DNA from: Amphiscolops sp. MND2022
Taxonomy: Eukaryota
DNA length: 64,000 nt
NCBI GenBank assembly: GCA_964187785.1
Contig: OZ076409.1
Coordinates: 58,220,001-58,284,000, forward strand
Direction of reading: 5' to 3'
Notes under the pieces: generated by a model
The model's input: the letters and a program-made list of their open reading frames with translations, nothing else
The model's database searches: none
What the model was told of the DNA's origin: nothing
Program-made: the position numbers and the translations under genes
In this document: piece after piece, positions 20,720 through 32,502 of the stretch
Layout of the letters: the number at the start of each line of letters is the position of its first letter
How positions within the stretch are numbered: position 1 is the stretch's first letter

Positions 20720-21135
20720 CTGAAACCAAATCGAAAAGGGATTTTTGATAAACAGATCAAGGTAGAAGCTTATACGAAAATAGTTTTTGCAAGTCTCGCT
20801 TCCAGAAACTCAGTTTTGCTTATCGAAACTGAAGAACTAACAAACAGTATGTGAGAATTTAATTACCCAAGAATGTATGAGAGTGTTTTGGAAAAGCATT
20901 TTCTGACTGAAAAAAAAATGCACCGAAGCACAAAAAGGCCAAAGGGTACTTACTTACTCCCTTTCAGTTTTTCATAGTTTTACCGTACCTCCCAAACAAA
21001 AATGGACCAAAGGGTTCCCCCTTAGTTTTTAAAGCTTTAATTGGGGCGCCGGCTTTAGACGTTCTCTTCTTGTTTGCCAGTGATTCTCCCTTTTTTCATA
21101 ACGCAAATTAAAAAGACGAATCAACAGTGTGTAAC

Positions 21136-21276
21136 CTGATTTGTTGTACAGTTTGAGAATCATGTCGAATGGCAAGGAAGAAAGGAGATCAGTGATGAAC
21201 CATGTTTTGAAATACTTCCTCAGAATTAGGTTGGGTTGTAAGATTATTTGAGTCGTCGTGTTGTTGGCCGGTATAC
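21136..21276 (-). CDS. HCN: HCN channel exon (S2-S3 linker, S3), duplicate copy
   Basis: GIP...IILQP..I.RKYFKTWFITDLLSSLPFD, with AG/GT boundaries. Confidence 0.88.
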
Positions 21277-21909
21277 CTGAAATAAAGAGATTCAGTTTCG
21301 TTGATTGGCATCGATTTTTCCCTTCCAGCATTCATGTACTGAGGTTCAAACTACCCTTATAAATACGTTGCTGTAGTTTTCTATTTTAGTGCTCTGTCAA
21401 AAAAGTGGAGTCAATTTGATAGCAGAAAGCTTCCAAAATGTCTGCAAATCAAATTCATTATGAAGAGGCAGAATAGACGTTTTTATGAGCTTGCTTATTT
21501 ATTAAAAAATATATGTATGCTTTGTAATTGGTCACAAGAAAACATTGATATCCAGAGCATTGTCATTTTTTTGAGTTAATGAAATATTCAGTTTAATTTC
21601 CATAATGAAAAGCTCCAAGTTTGAAAATTTGTAAGGAAAAGTTGTAAGGCTATACGGCAGTCTGGTTTTGAGATTTTGGTAAGTTTCCGTTGTTGACTCT
21701 GTCTTGTGTAAAATCTGGGCATCAGCTTCTTGCAGCAAGAAGTGTCCATACTTCAAGTAAACCGAAACGTGGAATAATTTTCAATAAAGCGAAAATAGTG
21801 ACTCTCCAGATGAAATGGACGAGTTTCAGTGCATCTGACATCTTTGATGTGTGCCTTTGATCATCATTTAAAAAATGGAAGCATCATGCATAGAATGACC
21901 ATGATTAAC

Positions 21910-22076
21910 CTGTCCGGAAGTTGAGGAGGAGGTCCATGATGAATACTAGGTCGTTAACGAGGTTGAAGAAGAACCAGCCCTCGTTAGTGTATCTGTCGTC
22001 GAAGAATGCGATGGCTATGGGAAGCATAACCAAGTTGGAAATTAGCAGAATCAGCATCAGAAAGTCCCAAATTATC
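21910..22076 (-). CDS. HCN: HCN channel exon (S1-S2), duplicate copy
   Basis: RIIWDFLMLILLISNLVMLPIAIAFF...WFFFNLVNDLVFIMDLLLNFRT, with AG/GT boundaries. Confidence 0.88.
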
Positions 22077-22942
22077 CTGAACATACGAGATCCAATTTAT
22101 CTAATTATCAGATTTAGTCTCAACTGCCTAGTGCTATAGTTGAAAAAAGAATAGCTTTTTGCCCTTCAAATTCAAGCATGTTTTTTTTCCGCCCATATTT
22201 CGCATGGAAAAGGAAAATCACAGCCGCGTTTTTTTTTAAAAGTTGCCATGTTCTTCCTTATAACTCAACTACCAAAAATTAAGGTTCATAGCATATGAAT
22301 TGTAAAGCTATTTGAACTTTTTTTAAAAAAAAGTTCCTCAAATGAAAATGCTCCTAAAAAGTTGCAAAATGCCCAAAAATGCAAATATTTATCCAGTTTT
22401 CAACTATTTTGGGCAACTTTGGTACAATTTTTGACTCTTTTCGTGAGTATAAATACTCAGAGTTCGACGACAAAGCAATTAGCTGCTTAGCATACTTTTC
22501 AGTAGAAAAATTCTAAGCTTTTTCGAAAAGTGTCACAATAGAGCTTCCACAAAGTTAAATGACGGAAAAAATAATTTCTCATATATTTTTGGAGAATTTG
22601 AACGTTTATTCAAAGAAGTGTCTATAGCACTAAAGAGTCAATTTTTAGTCTTGGGCTTTTTGTACGAACGTTTCCGTTTACATATGTTTATTGGCTTTGC
22701 TCGAGCCCTAGAAAAATGTTGTCGCTGGAATAGTTCCAAGCGAAAATACTCGATGCTCGATGGGCGCCTTTTTAGGTACAAAAGTTGAAGTCGATGCGAG
22801 GCATTTTAGCCCATGTTTTTGATGAAAAAGAAACTTTTACAGTTACTATTTTTTAAAATCCACAACGCTGGGGAGCAAGAGTTTGTGTATTCGAATCCCG
22901 CGCTGGTCTACATTTTTTGTTTGAAAAACTAGACAAGATCAA

Positions 22943-23697
22943 GCAAGACGGGAACGTCTAAAAGTCGGCGATTTGTCTAAGGCTCAAAAAACGCAGTTTT
23001 TAAAATATCCTCAAGGCGTTTTCATGAAAAACTCGGAAAGAGTGCCTTTCGTGCTCAAAAAACGCTTCAGAACATCGGATATAGCGTGCTGAGAGAAATA
23101 CGTGGCTTTTTCCGATCATACGCCTCCTCCTCAGTAAAACGCAAATCACTTCGGATATAACGTAAAAAGTTCGGATATATATAGTGTGCTGGGACAAATG
23201 GGAGCACTTGTTTTCGAACCTCCGCCTTCTCCTTAGCAAAACGCAATATTGTTCGGATATAACTTCAAAACTTTGTAACGTAATTTGAATAGTAATGAAA
23301 CAAATGGTTTCTGGGTATATGTCGAGAAAACCTAATTTCAGACGAAAAATGAGAATTCTGAAACAGTCTCATAGTGTCGAAAAATGTAAAATGGGAGACC
23401 TTTTGGGCTTTTCGAAACTCCAGGTTGCAAAATACCAAAAAATTGAAGGAGACCCTTTGGAGACATTTAGAAAATTTTTCGAAAAGTCTCATAGCCGAAA
23501 AAAATTGAAAGGTGGACCCTTTAGTCTCGTCCGGTTTTGTGTTACGCTCAAAAAGGAACTACAACGACCGCTGTGTTCCCGCCAAACTGAGTAAGCTTTG
23601 TACTAAAAAGTACATATATTGTGAGCTCTGTGGTCTGACGAACAAAAAACTGTCATTGTAATAGTCGGGCACTCTCAGAAAAAGCGCAGACTAAAAA
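22943..23697 (-). mobile_element. HINE family B copy (duplicated at ~28960-29714)
   Basis: AAGACGGGAACGTCT hairpin plus AGTCGGCG at the left end; GCGCAGACTAAAAA at the right end. Confidence 0.7.
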
Positions 23698-24502
23698 CTG
23701 GACAAGGCCCTTTTTCGGTATCTGTTCACTCTTCGTGTTTTCACTCAAGAAAATATGTTTTTCGAGATTATTGTGTTTTTTGGCAATGTGCGACTTTTTA
23801 TTATTTAAAAAATGTTCTTCCCTTTCCTGTTTTTTTAATGAGCGCTTTTTTTAATGGGCCAGACTATTACGACTAGTTTTTTTCGTAAAACCACAGAATG
23901 TATGGTCTATTTCACTTCAGGTCGTCCCTCCAGATATTTTTGCCACTCTGAAAGTTATGAAATTTTCCCAAAAGCCACACTGAGTTTTTGAATGACTTTT
24001 TTGAGCCTTAAGCGGTGCGCTGGCTTTAGACGAAACCGTCGTATGTTTTAATTTGGCCTAGAAGTGAGAATGCAAAGTTTGGAAGCAGGTCGTCGTGGGT
24101 TCGAATCCCACACGGATTAAAACTTTTTCGAATGCTTCAGTTTTCTCAAACGTGGATTTTCTAAAATTTCAGTTAGGGAAAACTGTTTTTAGAGTTTCAA
24201 GGGTATCTCGGATATCTTATTTCAGAGGTGTCTCATTTTTGAGTTTTTTCTCTCATGAGTTTTTTTTTGTTTTTTTCAGTTGACAATATCACTCTGAGTG
24301 GTCCACTTTTACAATTTTTGTTCATCTTTCATATTTGTTCATCTTCCATCTTCGACCCAGCCGGAGAGCTTGGGTTCGAATCCCGCACTAAACCATAAAT
24401 TTTTTAATGCTTCCAAAAGTACAGGTGAGACCAAAGGGTCCCCCCTTTGGGTTTTTTTTCGGCACTATGCGACTTTTTTTCGAAAACTTTCGAAATTTAT
24501 CA

Positions 24503-24980
24503 AATATTTCTGCTTTAGCAGGAATGTTATTGTAACCTCAAAGTTGGTCCTTTTTTTTTTTCAGTCGTCAAATTTCGTCCTACTGAATAATTCAGATATT
24601 TTGTTCGGCAGTGAGTGTAAGCGTGGGAAAGCTGCCGACAACAATTCAATTCTAGTGCGATAGAACGAGCGAGTGGTAATTATCCATTCGTATGCTGACG
24701 TCATTGAGATGAAGCGAATGAGTGTTAATTATTCGTTCGTTGAGAGCTTCGCCTGCATTCAAATGCGAATGCGAAACTTCGTCTACGCTTAGTTATATTT
24801 TCTTTAGTCCGAGAAGAATTAAAGGCGGTGTAAACTTGTACAGTGATTAATTGTGCTCTAAGTAATGATTAAACAGGAGTGTATTGGTATTCCAGATATG
24901 ATTCTTTTATTAATGATTTTTTGTTTTAAAAAAATAAAGATTAAAGCAGAAATAGTACTGAGCCCCGGAGGGGCCTATTT
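24503..24980 (+). mobile_element. HINE family A copy 2, at the duplication junction
   Basis: Same sequence as 18487-18963 apart from T-run length and one substitution. Confidence 0.85.
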
Positions 24981-26608
24981 TGATTTCTGTTGTTATCTCA
25001 ATTTGCGTTTCTTTTTGTGTACTGGACTATGAAATCGTGACATCTCAAATTCAGTTTCGATTCAAAGTTGTTTTTATTTTTACCATTTTCCTGTGATTGA
25101 CATTTTGCCAATATAATTGTGATGAAAATTTCCGCTAAAATGCTGATATTTTGAGCCCATCGTAATCTTGAATGCGTTGTTGCCATTGATTGCTGCACCA
25201 GGCAAGGCTACTCATGGCGTGATTTTTATCTACGTTTCTCTACTTGCACTGTTGCACAAGATCGGTTTCAATTTAATTTCCATCCTTTTACATCCATCCT
25301 TGAAATCATATATTGATACTGAATGCCTTCAATTTTGAGGTGCTGTCATGTCTTTTCGACCGTAGAAGGGGGTTTTGAACTGAATGTGGGCGGTCTTTGA
25401 ATGCATTAGAAAAAGTAGAAAAGGAAGATAGATACAGAAACAGTTTTTTGTTACCATGCAATTTTTGGTTATGCAATTTAAATTGCGAAACGTCTGGAAA
25501 TTCGAAGCGAGCTCAGCGTTCAACTGAAAATCTTTCTCGATTTTTTTTCTGTAAAATGTCGGTTGTGTTGAATTTGTATACTGCAAATGTTTTTGTGTAT
25601 TTTCGATTTTTCTCGACGTGGACCATAATAAATTCGTATAATTTTTGCTTTGAAGACGGTTTTTATTTGAAGGTTTTAATGTCAAAATAAGAGGGTTAAG
25701 GATGTCTAATTGAGACAGTTGCTTTGGAAACAGACAATCTTTAATTAGACGTGTTCAACTTGGCATTAGTTTTTACAACCGTAGTTTTAAGTTTGTGTCA
25801 TAATCGTGGAAAATCTTTGTTGTATTTTGATTGCTGTAAATTTATCGTTCTTCAGAATTCTTTAGATTGCGGTAATTTGATCCATGGCAATAATTTTTCT
25901 TTGGAATCTATTTAAATACGAAGAAAGCTACTTGAATGTCTTTCGACTGGTGTTCTCAATTCCTAAACCTATTACATGGCCTTGTTTTGATTCCAATTTC
26001 ACAATCAATACAAATTGTTTTCCAAGAATCAAAGTCTTTCTGCAATTTCCTTGAAGCTTTTGTTTTTCCCGAATAATGTATTGATTCGTTTGGTATATGA
26101 CAGCTATTAACGCGTCTTCAATCCTCAAATCTGATATCCGTCGAAAGGCAAAATTATTCAAGTTTTTCCCCATCAAACTGCCTCATCTGTAAGACACTGT
26201 ACGCCCTATTTCACATCGATTGCAATACAGAATCAACATGCAAAAATAAATAAAGACGTAATGAAACTAAAAACAGTTTCAAGCTTACCCCAGTAACTAA
26301 TGAATCACTCCTAGCAGTCTTGTCAGTATCTTGAATCTTTTTTGTGCAAAACAAAAACTAGAAATTCTTAGAGCTTAACTAAAAGGTTTACAGCATTCGT
26401 TGCTTTTTGCTGTTTTTCCTGACTGTAGACTTGACAAGACCAAGCCAAAGCCTACTCAAACAGACATTTTAGCTGTCAAACCAATGCAAATGAGTCACCT
26501 GTGTGTCATGGCGAATCTGTGGTGCAGAATGATTGGTTTAAATGGTGACCAATCACAGAATCAACTATTATTTAATGAAAATAAAACCGATATTAAAACA
26601 GGTCTTAC

Positions 26609-26736
26609 CTCTTCCCATTGACTCGCGTACCGTAGGAGTCGAGTAACCCTCAGAAGTTTGAGAAGGGTGAGCAATTTCGCAAGTCTCAAAATTTTCAACG
26701 TTCTTGAAGCACTGGCGTATGTAGCACTTCGGTTTC
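26609..26736 (-). CDS. HCN: HCN channel exon (S4)
   Basis: S4 ending QWEE|GTAAGA; phase 1 to phase 0. Confidence 0.9.
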
Positions 26737-27152
26737 CTGAAACCAAATCGAAAAGGGATTTTTGATAAACAGATCAAGGTAGAAGCTTATACGAAAATAG
26801 TTTTTGCAAGTCTCGCTTCCAGAAACTCAGTTTTGCTTATCGAAACTGAAGAACTAACAAACAGTATGTGAGAATTTAATTACCCAAGAATGTATGAGAG
26901 TGTTTTGGAAAAGCATTTTCTGACTGAAAAAAAAATGCACCGAAGCACAAAAAGGCCAAAGGGTACTTACTTACTCCCTTTCAGTTTTTCATAGTTTTAC
27001 CGTACCTCCCAAACAAAAATGGACCAAAGGGTTCCCCCTTAGTTTTTAAAGCTTTAATTGGGGCGCCGGCTTTAGACGTTCTCTTCTTGTTTGCCAGTGA
27101 TTCTCCCTTTTTTCATAACGCAAATTAAAAAGACGAATCAACAGTGTGTAAC

Positions 27153-27293
27153 CTGATTTGTTGTACAGTTTGAGAATCATGTCGAATGGCAAGGAAGAAA
27201 GGAGATCAGTGATGAACCATGTTTTGAAATACTTCCTCAGAATTAGGTTGGGTTGTAAGATTATTTGAGTCGTCGTGTTGTTGGCCGGTATAC
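27153..27293 (-). CDS. HCN: HCN channel exon (S2-S3 linker, S3)
   Basis: YFKTWFITDLLSSLPFD; phase 1 to phase 1. Confidence 0.9.
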
Positions 27294-27926
27294 CTGAAAT
27301 AAAGAGATTCAGTTTCGTTGATTGGCATCGATTTTTCCCTTCCAGCATTCATGTACTGAGGTTCAAACTACCCTTATAAATACGTTGCTGTAGTTTTCTA
27401 TTTTAGTGCTCTGTCAAAAAAGTGGAGTCAATTTGATAGCAGAAAGCTTCCAAAATGTCTGCAAATCAAATTCATTATGAAGAGGCAGAATAGACGTTTT
27501 TATGAGCTTGCTTATTTATTAAAAAATATATGTATGCTTTGTAATTGGTCACAAGAAAACATTGATATCCAGAGCATTGTCATTTTTTTGAGTTAATGAA
27601 ATATTCAGTTTAATTTCCATAATGAAAAGCTCCAAGTTTGAAAATTTGTAAGGAAAAGTTGTAAGGCTATACGGCAGTCTGGTTTTGAGATTTTGGTAAG
27701 TTTCCGTTGTTGACTCTGTCTTGTGTAAAATCTGGGCATCAGCTTCTTGCAGCAAGAAGTGTCCATACTTCAAGTAAACCGAAACGTGGAATAATTTTCA
27801 ATAAAGCGAAAATAGTGACTCTCCAGATGAAATGGACGAGTTTCAGTGCATCTGACATCTTTGATGTGTGCCTTTGATCATCATTTAAAAAATGGAAGCA
27901 TCATGCATAGAATGACCATGATTAAC

Positions 27927-28093
27927 CTGTCCGGAAGTTGAGGAGGAGGTCCATGATGAATACTAGGTCGTTAACGAGGTTGAAGAAGAACCAGCCCTCG
28001 TTAGTGTATCTGTCGTCGAAGAATGCGATGGCTATGGGAAGCATAACCAAGTTGGAAATTAGCAGAATCAGCATCAGAAAGTCCCAAATTATC
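27927..28093 (-). CDS. HCN: HCN channel exon (S1-S2)
   Basis: WD..ML..NL...P..I.FF...DL.LNFRTG; phase 2 to phase 1. Confidence 0.9.
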
Positions 28094-30289
28094 CTGAACA
28101 TACGAGATCCAATTTATCTAATTATCAGATTTAGTCTCAACTGCCTAGTGCTATAGTTGAAAAAAGAATAGCTTTTTGCCCTTCAAATTCAAGCATGTTT
28201 TTTTTCCGCCCATATTTCGCATGGAAAAGGAAAATCACAGCCGCGTTTTTTTTTAAAAGTTGCCATGTTCTTCCTTATAACTCAACTACCAAAAATTAAG
28301 GTTCATAGCATATGAATTGTAAAGCTATTTGAACTTTTTTTAAAAAAAAGTTCCTCAAATGAAAATGCTCCTAAAAAGTTGCAAAATGCCCAAAAATGCA
28401 AATATTTATCCAGTTTTCAACTATTTTGGGCAACTTTGGTACAATTTTTGACTCTTTTCGTGAGTATAAATACTCAGAGTTCGACGACAAAGCAATTAGC
28501 TGCTTAGCATACTTTTCAGTAGAAAAATTCTAAGCTTTTTCGAAAAGTGTCACAATAGAGCTTCCACAAAGTTAAATGACGGAAAAAATAATTTCTCATA
28601 TATTTTTGGAGAATTTGAACGTTTATTCAAAGAAGTGTCTATAGCACTAAAGAGTCAATTTTTAGTCTTGGGCTTTTTGTACGAACGTTTCCGTTTACAT
28701 ATGTTTATTGGCTTTGCTCGAGCCCTAGAAAAATGTTGTCGCTGGAATAGTTCCAAGCGAAAATACTCGATGCTCGATGGGCGCCTTTTTAGGTACAAAA
28801 GTTGAAGTCGATGCGAGGCATTTTAGCCCATGTTTTTGATGAAAAAGAAACTTTTACAGTTACTATTTTTTAAAATCCACAACGCTGGGGAGCAAGAGTT
28901 TGTGTATTCGAATCCCGCGCTGGTCTACATTTTTTGTTTGAAAAACTAGACAAGATCAAGCAAGACGGGAACGTCTAAAAGTCGGCGATTTGTCTAAGGC
29001 TCAAAAAACGCAGTTTTTAAAATATCCTCAAGGCGTTTTCATGAAAAACTCGGAAAGAGTGCCTTTCGTGCTCAAAAAACGCTTCAGAACATCGGATATA
29101 GCGTGCTGAGAGAAATACGTGGCTTTTTCCGATCATACGCCTCCTCCTCAGTAAAACGCAAATCACTTCGGATATAACGTAAAAAGTTCGGATATATATA
29201 GTGTGCTGGGACAAATGGGAGCACTTGTTTTCGAACCTCCGCCTTCTCCTTAGCAAAACGCAATATTGTTCGGATATAACTTCAAAACTTTGTAACGTAA
29301 TTTGAATAGTAATGAAACAAATGGTTTCTGGGTATATGTCGAGAAAACCTAATTTCAGACGAAAAATGAGAATTCTGAAACAGTCTCATAGTGTCGAAAA
29401 ATGTAAAATGGGAGACCTTTTGGGCTTTTCGAAACTCCAGGTTGCAAAATACCAAAAAATTGAAGGAGACCCTTTGGAGACATTTAGAAAATTTTTCGAA
29501 AAGTCTCATAGCCGAAAAAAATTGAAAGGTGGACCCTTTAGTCTCGTCCGGTTTTGTGTTACGCTCAAAAAGGAACTACAACGACCGCTGTGTTCCCGCC
29601 AAACTGAGTAAGCTTTGTACTAAAAAGTACATATATTGTGAGCTCTGTGGTCTGACGAACAAAAAACTGTCATTGTAATAGTCGGGCACTCTCAGAAAAA
29701 GCGCAGACTAAAAACTGGACAAGGCCCTTTTTCGGTATCTGTTCACTCTTCGTGTTTTCACTCAAGAAAATATGTTTTTCGAGATTATTGTGTTTTTTGG
29801 CAATGTGCGACTTTTTATTATTTAAAAAATGTTCTTCCCTTTCCTGTTTTTTTAATGAGCGCTTTTTTTAATGGGCCAGACTATTACGACTAGTTTTTTT
29901 CGTAAAACCACAGAATGTATGGTCTATTTCACTTCAGGTCGTCCCTCCAGATATTTTTGCCACTCTGAAAGTTATGAAATTTTCCCAAAAGCCACACTGA
30001 GTTTTTGAATGACTTTTTTGAGCCTTAAGCGGTGCGCTGGCTTTAGACGAAACCGTCGTATGTTTTAATTTGGCCTAGAAGCGAGAATGCAAAGTTTGGA
30101 AGCAGGTCGTCGTGGGTTCGAATCCCACACGGATTAAAACTTTTTCGAATGCTTCAGTTTTCTCAAACGTGGATTTTCTAAAATTTCAGTTAGGGAAAAC
30201 TGTTTTTAGAGTTTCAAGGGTATCTCGGATATCTTATTTCAGAGGTGTCTCATTTTTGAGTTTTTTCTCTCATGAGTTTTTTTTTGTTT

Positions 30290-30753
30290 TTTTCAGTTGA
30301 GAATCTCACTCTGAGTGGTCCACTTTTACAATTTTTGTTCATCTTTCATATTTGTTCATCTTCCATCTTCGACCCAGCCGGAGAGCTTGGGTTCGAATCC
30401 CGCACTAAACCATAAATTTTTTAATGCTTCCAAAAGTACAGGTGAGACCAAAGGGTCCCCCCTTTGGGTTTTTTTTCGGCACTATGCGACTTTTTTTCGA
30501 AAACTTTCGAAATTTATCAAAGGGTACCCCCTTGAATTTTTTTGAAGTTTTCGGTTTGTAGAAAACGTTGAATGAGCCTGAATGGCCTCTTTTTGAGTTT
30601 TTCGGCATTGTGCGACCTAAAAAATACTTTTCGAAAAAAAATCAAAATTTTTTTTGAAAAAAAAATTTTTTTCCAAATTTTTCCAATAGTTGTTCCTTGA
30701 ATATTTTTGAGCCTAAGATATGGCGCCGACTTGGGACGTTCCCGTCTTGTTTT
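30290..30753 (+). mobile_element. HINE family B copy, 5'-truncated
   Basis: Ends GCCTAAGATATGGCGCCGACTTGGGACGTTCCCGTCTTGTTTT. Closely matches the inverted copy at 42676-43175. Confidence 0.75.
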
Positions 30754-31076
30754 CAATAGTTGTCCTTGAGCATATTCGACAGACTTTGCTGTTTTGAGCC
30801 TCACCACGGGGCACCAGCTACGGCCGTTCTCGGCTTACTGTAATTATTCATCTTGGAATATTTTATTGAATTTGCGCAATGCAAAAAAGCACATTTTGTG
30901 AGCGTATTTTGATGAAATCTTTCATCTATTCCCAATTTTCAATGACAAAAAATTGATTGAAGTCTTTTTTGGAGTTGTTTTTCTTTGGAATTCGGCATTC
31001 AAATGAAAGTGCAAAAATCTCAGACTGCAGACGAGAGACATAACTTTGCAAGTCTGAAATGACATCGAATGATTAC

Positions 31077-31262
31077 CTGAATATACTGAAAGGATGAATG
31101 ATCCATGGTGCTTCCTGTATGCATCTTTGACGTTCTCTTTTGACTGCTTTTTTGCTTCCGAATATCCGGATTGTGAATCTGTTGATGGTGGGATGAATTA
31201 GGGACTGGATTCCGTGAATCATTTTGTGGCTACAAGATTCCATTTTAGATGACAACCATGAC
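31077..31262 (-). CDS. HCN: HCN channel exon (N-terminal HCN domain)
   Basis: LIHPTINRFTIRIFGSKKAVKRERQR...WIIHPFSIFR matches the HCN pre-S1 signature. Splices in frame to 28093. Confidence 0.92.
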
Positions 31263-31631
31263 CTAAAAAAAACGCAAATACATATGATCATGTGTAATCC
31301 AGTACACTGTTTTGTACATTCTGGTAAAAACACAGCATGGAGAAGCTAATTTCGTTGAGTACAACCTAGGAATATGTATTTTTGTCTAGACAATTATGCC
31401 ATTGGAAGCTAAAGATAAAACATCTTCAAACTTTTGCACGGTCGGAGAAAGGAGTACTTGAAATCTTCTTTTTAGATATGTATCATTTTGATACCGGGTT
31501 TATAGCGTCCACGAAGTTCCCTCTGGCAAAGATGCGCCTGAGTAGTGAGTGACAAAAAGGCCCAAAAGCTTCCAAACTTTTGGTATTCTTTGTTCTCGGC
31601 TCTAACTCAAGCATTACAATTCGATGACGTG

Positions 31632-32166
31632 TTTTTAGTCGGCGCATTTTAGTAGAAAATGTGCCCGACTCTTACAGTGGGGAGTTTTTTTAGACGCTTA
31701 AGGTCCACTTTTTTGTTCATTTGTTCAACAACGTCAAACCTCAACAACTCGAACATCAAAAGCGCGTCCAAAACGAAAAGAAGAAACAAAACAGACGTCC
31801 AGAACCTCGAAATCACACTAAGGATCCCCCATAGCCCCACTTTTTTTCGGCAATATGCGACTTTTTTTGAAACTTTTTGGATTGCACCAAAGGGCCCCCC
31901 TTCATTTTTTTCAACATTGTGCAACACAATGGATATCAAAAAAATCCCAAAGGGTCCCCCCTTTTACATTTTTCGGCACTGTGACCTTGTTCAAAAATCT
32001 CATTTTAAAAGTTTTTTTGTGAAATTTTTTCAAGTCCCCAAAGGGCTCCCCCTTCAATTTTTTTTCTTATTGCAACCAGCTGGAGTTTCACAAAGCCCGA
32101 AGGGTCCCCCTTATTACAATTTTGAGCCTTAGATATAGCGCCGACTTTGGCCGTTCTCGGCTTGTT
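31632..32166 (+). mobile_element. HINE family B, full-length copy
   Basis: 5' TTTTTAGTCGGCGC..GCCCGACT, central AAGGGTCCCCC repeats, 3' GCGCCGACTT plus GCCG-TTCT-CGGC hairpin and TTGTT. Confidence 0.8.
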
Positions 32167-32321
32167 CAATAATTCTGGTAATTTTATATGCTCACGTCTT
32201 TAAATATATATTGTAAATTTCAGAATCATTTTTTTGCCCCTTAACACGTTTTGAAACACTCTTTTTTCTTCAGGAAATACTCTTCACGACGAAAAATGAC
32301 AAGTTTTAAAATGTGACCAAC

Positions 32322-32502
32322 TTTTGTTTAGCTATGACGTCATTCTCGATGTCGATCTCTGTCCTGAGCATGGTGGCTGTCTGGCTGGTTTGCATGGAGG
32401 ACACCGAGTTGAAGTGGCGCTTGGCGGGTGCCCCGTTCGCAAACACCTCGCTGCTGTCGTCCGCGGGAGTCGTCGGCTCAGTTCCCGAAATCAGGTTCGA
32501 CT
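32322..32502 (-). CDS. HCN: Probable upstream HCN exon (disordered N-terminus)
   Basis: GC-rich open frame SNLISGTEPTTPADDSSEVFANG...DVIAKQK. CTGCAG acceptor; the AA|GT donor is in the phase needed to join 31262. Confidence 0.65.

Larger units (their letters stand above)
18488..30520. repeat. Tandem segmental duplication, 2 x ~6.02 kb
   Basis: The ORF track is identical at a 6017-bp offset. The junction at ~24503 reads ATTTATCAAA|TATTTCTGC. Confidence 0.97.
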
